In this document: piece after piece, positions 53,201 through 64,000 of the stretch
Layout of the letters: each line of letters opens with the position of its first letter
Numbering within the stretch: the stretch's first letter is position 1
Source: Tubulanus polymorphus
Lineage: Eukaryota; Animalia; Nemertea
Length of the DNA: 64,000 nucleotides
Assembly (NCBI RefSeq): GCF_964204645.1
Contig: NC_134031.1
Span: 14,929,807-14,993,806, forward strand
Direction: 5' to 3'
Notes under the pieces: generated by a model
Told to the model about the DNA's origin: nothing
Databases searched by the model: none
Seen by the model: the letters and a program-made list of their open reading frames with translations, nothing else
Position numbers and translations under genes: made by a program

Positions 53201-56200
53201 TGGAATTCTATTTTCGAACTTGAATTTTCACAAAACTCGAACAAACGTTGACAACCTGGTCCTAAATTGATTCGAGAGTTTGAACCTTATTTGCGTCGTT
53301 ACGGAACTAAAATGCTCGAAATCGATTTCGAATTTTAAGCCATCATTTTATGAATGGCGCGTTTCAGTAGATCGCGTATAAAGCGACTGTTTCGCGTATA
53401 AATTCTAAAATAGTTTGATCTCTCGTAAAATCATCTGAATTTAAGCCGATTTCGCTTTGAAAATTAATACGACATTAAAACCCCAGTCGCAGATGTCGCC
53501 AGATGACGAGGAGTAAGGTGATCGTTAATTTTTTCGATTCCGATATATTTCAGGTTTATTTAACTCTGTTGTATTATTTAACCGCCACGAAGGAGTACGA
53601 TATAAAATGGACGACGCCTCATTGCGTTTTGTGTTTAAGATTGACCGGATTAGTGTTCGATATTTACGACGGAACCAAACCAGAGGTATGTAGGTGGCGA
53701 CGCCCGGGAGGGGGTTAAGTAGGTCGCGACGCCCGCAATTTACATTCAAATTTCGCTATAAACCAGTTCATTTCCACTGTTTCAATCCTACGGTTTGAAT
53801 ATTAACCTGGAATTCAGGGAAACTGGTTAATAATCCATTATCATCATCGCCGTAGTAACCACAATCGGCGCTTGTTCACTCCCGGGACCGATAAAACTAT
53901 TTCGATGATTATCCAGAGTCTCTGAACCAATGAAAAAGATACCGGTATTGTTGAAATTTTTTTGGTAATTCATTTTTCAGCACGAATTAACATCGGAACA
54001 GAAACCGACCGCTTTGAGAAAACTGCCATCTCTACTCGAAATATTCGGTCACATGTTCTTTTTCGGAGGCGCTTTAGTCGGACCGCAGGTTCGTCAATTA
54101 TTTCACCCGTATCGAAATGGTGATTTGCATTTTAATTGCATTTTTATTTTTATTTCTCAATTCTCAATGTTTCTAGTTCCCGATGACGCGGTATTTAGAT
54201 TTCATAAACGGGACGTTATTGGATAAAAAGTCGAATGATTTGCCGCGATGGTAAGCTTGCATTTTATCTTCTCTTTTCGTTATTGAGATGTTAGAATATA
54301 TTGATGATCTCTCTAAAGTCTTTTTGCTATGTTGAAATTTAATTTATTATTAAGTCTATTTGTGATAATGATATTTGATTATTGAACCTGATGATGACTA
54401 GTTTAAAGCAGGCAAAATGTTACGGCATTATTGAGGACTCTAAAGGCAAGCGAGGATCCACCTGGTGTCGCTAGTGTGCATTCCGGCAACAACTCCCGGA
54501 TTTCTTTTCAGATTCAATTGAAATCTAATACATTAGTCATAGGCGCCTAAATGTATTTTGCTTGGAATGGGCTGATAAGTATTCTACTGGTACTGTTTTA
54601 TGTGTCAATTAGGTTTTCGTCATGAAAAATGACCCTCAAATTTGGTGATCATACCCTCATAAACCCCTCAAATACCCCTCAAATTCCATATCGATGGTCC
54701 TGTAGGAACCATGTTATTTCTCAAATTCTTTGAACTGTGATTAGTAAAATTCACCCTTTATATGATCATCTGAGTTAATCAAGGGCAGTGATTTGGCTAA
54801 TTTCTGATGTGGGAAGCTAAAAATCCAGATGAAACTTTATCGAAAATGAACTAGATTGTGACAGGGTTGTTGCACTGATTAGCGGGCCATCTTGTGGGAT
54901 AGCTGGTGGCACGGAGTCCTCATTAACTTTCGAATTTAAACTTTAAGATTTCGTAAAATTTTTCAAATTCAATTATGCGATCTCACTGTGCGGAATTATG
55001 ATATATTTTACTTCAGAATTAGATATTTGAAATGTAGAGATTTTCGTTCAGAATCTATTTCACAAGCTAGCAGACGTCATTTCCAAAATAATAAGATATA
55101 TTTCGATATAATGTATCTAAAATATAAACGATATTACATAATATCGTTTAAAACCTAAAAGAGTCTACTTCAAATTTTTCCTCGCTCTCAAATTGTTGTA
55201 TATTTTCGTTTTTAATTCGAAGTTGAAACGATCAGATATTATAACCTGACAATCTTGATAGATAGAGCGACAATCGCGTATTTGATAAAACCGTTCTTTG
55301 AATCAGTTCAGTTCAGATAAACAAATCTTCTATTTGTAGATGATTAAATATTTTCATTCGTGTCGTCAAAAGTTCATCGATTCGTAAACTAGTTTTAAGT
55401 CAACTTTCGATCTTTGACTTATCGATGGTCGCGAAAGAAATATCGCATAACTAGAAAAAAAAGTACAGTTGAACCATTTGGGAATGACAGAATTCTTCCG
55501 ATTTAGGGGGATTCCGGATTAAAAGTCATTTTCTTGTATGTAAATAAACAAAATGGACTGCAAATAATGTTCGGATTAGACCTAGATCCGGATTAAGCTG
55601 TATTTACATTTATGGGAATGTAAATAAGATCTCTAAGGAGAGGTGTGGATGAGTGGATAGAGCATTCGACTCCAGGAAGCTAGGTCGTGGGTTTGAACCC
55701 TGTACATCATCGTAGTGTCCTCTGGCAAGACACTTATCCTCATTACCGCTCTCTACCCGGGAGTAAATGGGTACCTGGCCTGATAGATGACTCCTGAATG
55801 CCGAGTGTTACTTCTCCCCAGGGAGAGATGACTGATACATGTTAGAGTATTAAAACGGCTGGGGTAATAATACCAGAAAATGTAAAGCGCTCTGAGCAGC
55901 TTTGCTGGATTTAGCGCTTTATGAGACATATAGTTATTATTATTACTATTATTATTATTATTATTATTATTGATATAAATAATGGTTTAACTGAAATGTG
56001 AGTATTTAATTTTCAGCGTAGTACCAGGATTACAGAGACTAGGGGTCGGTATAGCGTTGGTCTCATTCTACCAGATCGGATCGATATATTTTCCCGACGA
56101 TTTTCTCGTGTCCGATCGATTTGACGTAAGAGCGATTTCGACGAAAGGAAATATATTTGTTAAACGCTTCTATAAATTTCCACCACCGCTGCTTCCCGTA

Positions 56201-59200
56201 CAATCTATATGTGGCAACGTGCAGTGGAATCTCGTTACGACGAACTTCACGGCATCAGAAAATATGTTCGTTTTAACCGATAGTTCATTATATCCAGTGT
56301 GAAATAGATTAAATTTTCTTACTCGGGGCAAATTTCTTTATTTACAGTCAACCCCCCCGATATACCACCCGCATTAGAACAGAACTATTTTGGCAGTATA
56401 GAGAGTATGGCAGTATATCGAGGGTGTACTACGTATTTGTGTAGAGATGTACATTGAGAAAACCTGGCGGTAGGCGGGGGTGGCGGTATATGGGAGGGCG
56501 GTATATCAGGGGTTGACTGTAGTAAAATCACGCTATAAATGAATTAATGTCTAAAAAGTTTATGTGTAAAAAGTTTATTTGAGAATTAGGAATATTTCGG
56601 GTGGTCACTACCACCCTTCTTCTGTATGAAATGAAGAAATTTAGATTGAAGAAGGGTGTTGTAGTAACCACCCGAAATATTTCTACTATTTTCATTAACT
56701 TATTATGCATTTCTTCATTTATTGTGGGATTTTAATATTATGGTTTTATTACGGATTTTTATTTAGCTACAGCCGATTCATCTAGCAGTATATTTGTTAT
56801 ATCCGATGAATCGTTGTATTTGAGTTCGTTGTAACGAGGTTCCATTGAATAATCATGATTATTATTAGCATGGTAGCATGGTGGCTGTTATTGCACTCTA
56901 TCAGTGGAACTCTCAGTGTCATGGGTCTCCCTCCCTCCCTCTTTCCCTCCCTCCCTCCCTCCTATCTGTCCCTCCCTCCCTCCCTCGGCCCTTCATTCTG
57001 TCTCTCCCTCCTTCCGTCTCCCCTCCCTCCCTCTTTACCTCCCACCCTCCTTCCTTCACTCCCTCCCTCCCTCCTGTCTGTCTCTCCCTCCGTCCCTCCC
57101 TCCTGCCTCTCCCTCCCTCCGTCTCTCCCTCTCTCACTCCTTCCATCTCCACTCCCTCCCTCGCTCCCTCCCTCTCTCCCTCTCAGTAAACAAGAGGAAT
57201 CTATGGAAAAATTATTCCGAAAAGACACCTTTTAAATTCATCCACTTGAATCGGTATAAACAATGTGTTTTATGTGTTTTGTGAGCGATGAATATATGTT
57301 CAGGCATTTGTAGCGTTTGAATGCGTGAAATGTTTTTTCAAGGGTGGCTTTCTTTTTTTGCGGTAGAATTGGTTAGATTGAAACTGGTTTAGAATTTTGC
57401 TCAGTGTTCGGGTAAAAAAAAAAGAAAATGGAAATTCGAGTAGATTTTATACACCGTTATCGCTTCAAATTCCATGGGAGATTTTTCTGCTAAATTTCAA
57501 CAGAAAAATAATCTCGATGTACAATGCGAGTGGTTTATGTCAGCATTATGTATTAATAACACAAATGTCTGAGCATGATATTAATTGTTATATGGTCGCC
57601 GGGCTGCTGCTGTCACTCTCGCTGCTGCTGCTGCTGCTGCTGCTGCCACTGCTGCATCCATTCAATTTGCTTTATAGTCGTGCTGTATCTTGGCAACAGA
57701 TTTTGTTTATAGTGTGGACTTAAAGAAAAAAATATACCTTTGTTACGATTGATGGAAAATGTGAATTGAGGGATGTGTGCCCTGGTGGATCCAGGGTATC
57801 ATCTGTGGGAGGGTCCGGGGGCATACTGGCAGTGGTACCTCTTCCTTAGACTAAAAATATTTTGACAAAATGTTTTGATTTGATTAACTTTCTTTTTTAT
57901 TGGAGAGCATTTGCAATTATTTTGCAACATCGACTAATGCCCCTATCCAATGTTACAGTGCATTTGAATGAATGGTAACCTCAAAATTTTGACCTGATTC
58001 CACTGGCCCCTCTGGAAGGAATCCTCTGGATCCACTCGCCCCCGAGGGAGACAATCACTGCAGCATGTGACAAGCACGGGAGAGGGCTGGGGGTGGTATG
58101 GTGCTGATGGCATGCACAGGGGGAGGGAGGGGGTTAATGGCATGCACAGGGGAGGGAGGGGGTTAATGACATGCACAGGGGGAGGGAAGGGGGTAATTGC
58201 ATGCACAGGGGAGGGAGGGGTTAATGGCATGCACAGGGGAGGGAGGGGGTTAATGGCATGCACAGGGGATGGAGGGGGTTAATGGCATGCACAGGGGAGG
58301 GTGGCGGTTAATGGCATGCACAGGGGAGGTGGGGTGGGGGTTAATGGCATGCACAGGGGAGGGAGGGTGGCGGTTAATGGCATGCACAGGGGAGGGTGTA
58401 TCGTATTGTCTGTGATCACATTATTTTTATTTGCGATTTTTCAGTTTTCGCCACGGTCTGAAACGTCTTGCTATCGGTCTGTTTTATACATTTCTGTTTG
58501 TGGTTGTTTTGAATACGTATTTTCCTCAACAGTTCTATTTTACACCTCAGTTTGATGTACGTATTCATCGTATTCATTCCTGCTGCACCTGACTGGTTTC
58601 ACTTTGGACCGGTTCCATTTCAGTTTTTAAAGTGACAAGTTACCCAGAACTGTGGAACTGAGTTCAGAACTGAGGTACCGAGGTTCAGAAATGTAATACC
58701 GAGTTCAAAACTGTAGTTCAGAATTATGGAACTGGATGCAGAACTGTGGAACTCATGTCAAAACTCAAGTATCAAGTTCAGAACTGTGGTACCAAGTTCA
58801 GATCTGTAGTATTGCCGTGTTCAGAACTGTTGTATCGAGTCCAGAACTAATGGAACTGGATCCAGAACTGTGGGACTGATATCAAAACTGTAGTACCGAG
58901 TTCAGAACTGTGGTACCAAATTCAGATCTGTAGTATTGCCGTGTTCAGAACTGTTGTTTCGAGTTCAGAACTAATGGAACTGGATCCAGAACTGAGGGAC
59001 TGATATCAAAACTGTAGTACCGAGTTCAGAACTGTGGTACCGAGTTCAGATCTGTAGTATTGCTGTGTTCAGAGCTGTTGTATCAAGTCCAGAACTAATG
59101 GAACTGGATCCAGAACTGATATCAAAACTGTGGTACCAAGTTCAAATCTGTAGTACCGAGTTTAGAACTGTAGTTTCGCTGTGTTCAGGACTGTGGTATC

Positions 59201-62200
59201 GCAGTTCAGAACTAGTACAGAGCTCAGAACTGTGGAACTGGGTCCAGAACTATGGAACTGAGTCCAGAACTAACTAATGTCAAAGCCGTAGTACCAAGTT
59301 CAGATCTGTGGTACCACTTTCAGAAATATGGAACTGGGTCCAGAACAGTTTTAATTTTGTTGTGAATTTCTGACCCCAATAACATTATTAATACTTCTAA
59401 TAATAGATATCCGCTGAATGCTGTTCACGGTTCTTGGTTAGCTATAACTCATTCATGTTTCTATTGCTCCATTATAAATATCTCGAATAATGACTTTGGT
59501 TTAATACACGTAATGTTTCTATATTCCTCAGTGGTGAAAAATGTTTTTGAATTAACTCGGTCCATACAGAGACCCTAACCTGGAGAACTAGGCTATAGAG
59601 ATAGCCCCCGCCCACCATCCCCCCTCTTCTGGGACCAGTTCCATAGCCAAGGCTTAGACTTAAGACCAACTTAGTTCTATAGCCAATCTAACAACTTAAG
59701 ACCAGTCTTAAGATTTAAGACCACTTTTGGTCTTAAGTCTTGACTATGGAACCGGCCCCGGAGCGTTCCACCATGTGGAAAGCTTTCAATCTCAATTTTA
59801 TCTTTCAATATCAATTATATTCGCTTTCCGTTCTGTTCTGCTTGCTTTTGTTTTCACTCTGTTTGTTTCATGCATAACGAGACATTTGACCGTGTGGCTT
59901 AGATTTTACCTCTCCCTGAATATAACAACCCCTGTGATACAGTTAACCAGGCTTTATCTAACTGAGCAACGTTAAGACAAATTCAGATCGGTAACTTTGT
60001 TGTGATTGTGGCTTATAATGGATAAAAGATTTACACTAATTTGAACTATTTTGAGAATGAACTTATATTTGGTTTTGGATTACAGTTGAACTGTTTAACC
60101 GTAACTGGTGTCCTGTCTCAACTCTCTCTCAATAACAGTTAACATGCTTGTACTGTATTATGCTTTATGTTTAATGCTGTATTGTTCACCGATGTTGATA
60201 TTATATTATGTTTAAGCTGTATTATGTTTAATGCTGTAATATGCTTAATGCTGTATTGTTCACCGCTGTTGATGTTAATTAATTTTGATCAATGATTTAT
60301 TGACATAGCATGATGATCGATGACAATAAGTTATTGTTAAAATGTGAAGCTGTTTCTAAGTCTGTGATAAACCAGTCAATGATGAATCAGTCAATGATAA
60401 ATCAGCCAATGATATATCAGTCTATGATATATAGGTCAATGACATATCGATCAATGATATACCAGTCAATGACATATCAGTCAATGATATATCACTCAAT
60501 GTTATATCAGTCAATGACATATCAGTCAATGTTATATCAGTCAATGTTATATCAGTCAATGATATATCAGTCAATGTTATATCAGTCAATGACATATCAG
60601 TCAATGTTATATCAGTCAATGTTATATCAGTCAATGATATATCAGTCAATGTTATATCAGTCAATGACATATCAGTCTATGTTATATCAGTCAATGATAT
60701 ATCAGTCAATGTTATATCAGTCAATGACATATCAGTCAATGTTATATCAGTCAATGACATATCAGTCAATGACATATTAGTCAATGATATATCAGTCAAT
60801 GACATATCAGTCAATATCAATTTCTGGTCTCCGTTCTATGGTTTGTTTGGGTTAAAATTTGCCTCTAGAGTTTGAATTGGATCATTTTCAATGTTTTTGC
60901 GAATCTGAATTTTAGCCAACAAACTGTTGAACTGGACGTATCGGCCCCACTCCGCGCGGTTGCACCACCGCGCGGGATTTACGCGAAGCAGCAGAACACA
61001 AACACGGCCACTCTCTCAATTTTCAATGATAGAAATCGTGTGTGCATTTCAATTATTTCCGCTGTTAGGGTTTTAAGGCACAATATAAGTTGATGATGTG
61101 ATATGGCGATGTTAATTAATGATAATTCCGCAGTGAAGCTAGTCACGAACGGTTCCGATTGAGTGTACAGCTGCCAAAAACACTGAAATGTGCGTAGTTG
61201 CGTAACTATTTGCAGTGAATTGCAGACGAAACATGAAGCCTTAACGGCTGTTTAAAAAAAAATTATACCAATCGCAATTGTGAAATAAAAATGAGATAGA
61301 ACCTAAGTTATAATTCTGGCCATTTCTAAAATGTTATTAATTATTATTACTAATCTTTAGTCAGTGCGGAACGTTTAGTTTTCCAACAATAATGAGGGGT
61401 GGTAGGTAGTCATGCAATTCAAGTCATCATTTATTACACGTTACTTCCGTGTTGTTGAAAATCTCGCGAGTCCTGGACTAAACCCCAATGAACAATGTGA
61501 TCTGTGTGCTGGCCACAAATGCACACAGATCACACTACACTACCCATTACACACTCCAGTACGCAAAGCTCTCATATATCCATCCAAATATTTAGTGGCT
61601 TTCTTCCTGGATCTTGAGTTTTATCTCATCTCATTTTGATCTCGTAATTAATGGAATTTCGTCGTAAGATCACCATTTGGACTTAAATTCGAATCTAAAG
61701 TCTTGGAATCTAAAGTCATATTATTCATGTTGCCTTGTCTTGAATGAGATTTGTTTGTTTTGTAGGAATTATCGCTATGGAAGAAACTCGCATTCGTCAG
61801 TTTGTGGGCAAAATTAACGCTGTATAAATACGTATCATGTTGGTTGATATCGGTGAGTATTTCTTTCCATCATACTTCATTTAATCAGTGTGTCTTTAAC
61901 TTGTATCCTAATTCATACATATCTCATTTCATACATATATTCATACATAGTATACAGTTCCACACTACAGGAACCCAAAACTGTGGAACTGAATCCAGGG
62001 CAAACTTCGGTTATCAGAGTTAGTCGAACTAAACAAAATCAAATGTCAGTTAGTCGGAACTTTGGTCCGTAAATGGTAGACCACAGGACTGCGGTCACTG
62101 TAGTTCAGGCCTAGTTCCAAGATGGCTGACTCAGTGAGATGCATTACGACCGAACTAGAGTGCATTTGGTTATTAGCTCCAGCCACTATTCGTCAAGCTA

Positions 62201-64000
62201 CAAAAAATCAAAGTTCACCCTGAATGGTGGAACTGGATCCAAAACTGTGGAACTGGGATTCAGAACTTGAAGAAAGCTGTATTGTGATTGGTTTATTTCT
62301 ATGTTTAGGAAGGAAGCTGTATAGTGATTGGTTTATTTCTTTGTTTAGGCAGGAAGCTGTATTGTGATTGGTTTATGTCTACGTTTAGGAAGGAAGCTGT
62401 ATTGTGATTGGTTTATTTCTATGTTTAGGAAGGAAGCTGTATCGTGATTGGTTTATTTCTATGTTTAGGAAGGAAGCTATATTGTAATTGGTTTATTTCT
62501 ACGTTTAGGAAGGAAGCTGTATTGTGATTGGTTTATTTCTATGTTTAGGAAGGAAGCTATATCGTGATTGGTTTATTTCTACGTTTAGGAAGGAAGCTGT
62601 ATTGTGATTGGTTTATTTCTATGTTTAGGAAGGAAGCTGTATTGTGATTGGTTTATTTCTATGTTTAGGCAGGAAGCTGTATTGTGATTGGTTTATTTCT
62701 ATGTTTAGGAAGGAAGCTGTATTGTGATTGGTTTATTTCTATGTTTAGGAAGGAAGCTGTATTGTGATTGGTTTATTTCTATGTTTAGGAAGGAAGCTGT
62801 ATTGTGATTGGTTTATTTCTATGTTTAGGAAGGAAGCTGTATTGTGATTGGTTTATGTCTACGTTTAGGAAGGAAGCTGTATTGTGATTAGTTCATTTCT
62901 ATGTTTAGGCAGGAAGCTGTTTTGTGATTGGTTTATTTCTATGTTTAGGAAGGAAGCTGTATTGTGATTGGTTTATTTCTATGTTTAGGAAGGAAGCTGT
63001 ATTGTGATTGGTTTATTTCTATGTTTAGGAAGGAAGCTGTATTGTGATTGGTTTATCGTATAATGGTAAAGATGAGAATGGTAATGATCTATGGGATGGT
63101 TGCGCGAATATCAAAATCCGCAAATATGAATTATCGATTTCGTGCCATGATTCGATTGCCTCGTTCAATATCAATACGAATATATGGAGCGGCAAGTAAG
63201 TACATGCGACCTTCGTCTATATGCTTGCTGGGTTAAGATTTCAATAATGTTCTCGTTTGATTTCAGGTATATTTATAAGCGGTTAAAGTTTCTAGGAAAT
63301 CGTAAAATATCTCAGATGTTTACGTTGATGTACCTCGCGTTGTGGCATGGACTTCATTCCGGATATTTCATGTGCTTCATCTTCGAGTTTGTAGTCATCA
63401 AATTTGAAAAAGATGTAAGTATTACCTCCGAATACCTCCTTACCCAGAGGTTAAATACCTCCCTGCAGAGGTCAGATACTTCCCTACAGAGAGGTCAAAT
63501 ACATCCCAACAGAGAGATCAAATACTTCCCTACAGAGAGGTCAAATACTTCCCTACAGACGGGTCAAATACTTCTTTATACAGAGGTAAAATACTACAAA
63601 GAGGTCAAATACCTCCCTACAGAGAGAGCAGAAATCTCCCTACAGATAGATCAGATACATCCCTACATAGAGGTCAAATACTTTCCTACAGGTAGGTCAA
63701 ATACATCCCTACAGATAGGTCAAATACCCTCCTACAGAGAAGTCAAATTCTTACCCTGCTGAAAGGTCAAATACATCCCTACAGGAAGGTCAAATACTTC
63801 CCTATAGAGTGGTCAAATATTTCTATATATTGAGGTGAAATGCGAGTAGAGTTTTGCGTAATAGTTTATTTCAGTTTCCGCGTATGAATCAGATGTCTCT
63901 CTATTTCAGTTGATATATTTGTGTAACCGATGGAGTTTATTGTCGTCTATAGTGAACAATACGACTTTAAAACCATTGCTGATAATACTGAGAAAGATAT
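50256..64000 (+). CDS. LPCAT3: Lysophospholipid acyltransferase 5 (LPCAT3/MBOAT5/nessy), 3' incomplete
   Basis: Exons 50256-50361, 51324-51431, 52945-53051, 53554-53685, 53981-54088, 54177-54250, 56017-56125, 61766-61852, 63029-63195, 63267-63414, 63910-end; motifs SEPALRL, YDIKWTTPHCVLCLRL, ALVGPQF, YKYVSCW, SFNINTN, YKRLKFLGN, LALWHGLHSGY (catalytic His). Confidence 0.95.
50822..51254. mobile_element. MITE with ~50-bp TIRs in LPCAT3 intron 1
   Basis: GGATATTTAACCGTATACG..CCGCTATTTTACCGT / ACGGTAAAATAGCGG..TATACGGTAAAATATCC. Confidence 0.75.
52422..52812. repeat. 25-bp minisatellite (GACTTACACTGTAGTTTGACTGTAT)n
   Basis: About 15 direct copies. Confidence 0.93.
55643..55970 (+). mobile_element. 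tRNA-derived SINE copy 2 with (TTA)n tail
   Basis: Same head and core as 46000-46320; AAAGCGCT..AGCGCTTT stem then TTA repeats. Confidence 0.85.
56222..56847. mobile_element. Tc1/mariner-type MITE containing a nested MITE (56345-56519)
   Basis: Outer CAGTGGAATCTCGTTACGACGAA / TTCGTTGTAACGAGGTTCCATTG (related copy at ~5270-5435); inner TA|CAGTCAACCCC...GGGGTTGACTG|TA. Confidence 0.7.
56925..57185. repeat. (CCCT/CTCC)n polypyrimidine low-complexity tract
   Basis: Read directly. Confidence 0.9.
58105..58397. repeat. ~27-28-bp G-rich minisatellite (GGGGTTAATGGCATGCACAGGGGAGGGA)n
   Basis: About 10 direct copies. Confidence 0.9.
58640..59345. repeat. GTTCAGAACTGTGG-type minisatellite with higher-order duplication
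   Basis: Read directly. Confidence 0.85.
60365..60815. repeat. 15-bp minisatellite (TATCAGTCAATGAYA / TATCAGTCAATGTTA)n
   Basis: Direct repeats; explains the YQSML ORF 60310-60780. Confidence 0.95.
62271..63056 (+). repeat. 40-bp tandem array built from the LPCAT3 intron-8/exon-9 junction
   Basis: Unit TTCTATGTTTAG|GAAGGAAGCTGTATTGTGATTGGTTTAT; 19 acceptors from 62308 to 63028; the last unit runs into coding sequence. Confidence 0.95.
63430..63830. repeat. ~25-bp minisatellite (AGAGGTCAAATACTTCCCTACAG-like) in LPCAT3 intron 10
   Basis: Read directly. Confidence 0.85.

Noticed and set aside
56855-57284. Pro/Ser/Leu-rich and Gly/Arg/Glu-rich ORFs
   Set aside because: CT-rich low-complexity tract
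60310-60780. 156-aa YQSML-repeat ORF
   Set aside because: A 15-bp minisatellite is open by construction and lies in an LPCAT3 intron
63415-63762. C-terminal half of the 192-aa ORF 63184-63762
   Set aside because: Read-through of the LPCAT3 exon-10 donor into an intronic minisatellite

Overview
Intron-rich, AT-rich animal genomic DNA, probably an invertebrate; the species cannot be determined from the window. Four conserved spliced genes can be rebuilt exon by exon: RPS18 (-) head-to-head with VPS52 (+), and TARDBP/TDP-43 (-) head-to-head with LPCAT3/MBOAT5 (+, runs off the window end). Also present are an intronless 549-aa secreted protein resembling box-jellyfish CfTX/CrTX pore-forming toxins with a GPI-like tail, an intact TTAA-flanked Kolobok-like DNA transposon, LINE relics, SINEs, many MITEs and many minisatellites. 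The main findings are: (1) eight tandem box C/D snoRNA copies, four in each of two RPS18 introns, predicted to guide 18S Um at the yeast U578/human U627 position, with conserved spacers that may be processing signals; (2) the jellyfish-toxin-like gene; (3) a 40-bp tandem array that repeats the LPCAT3 exon-9 splice acceptor 19 times, with only the last copy productive; (4) two U12-type introns in VPS52, one of them AT-AC; (5) a UG-repeat acceptor in the TDP-43 gene itself; (6) a minimal hammerhead ribozyme and a very AT-rich, virus/Polinton-like ORF relic. All homology statements come from recall of family motifs, not from database searches.
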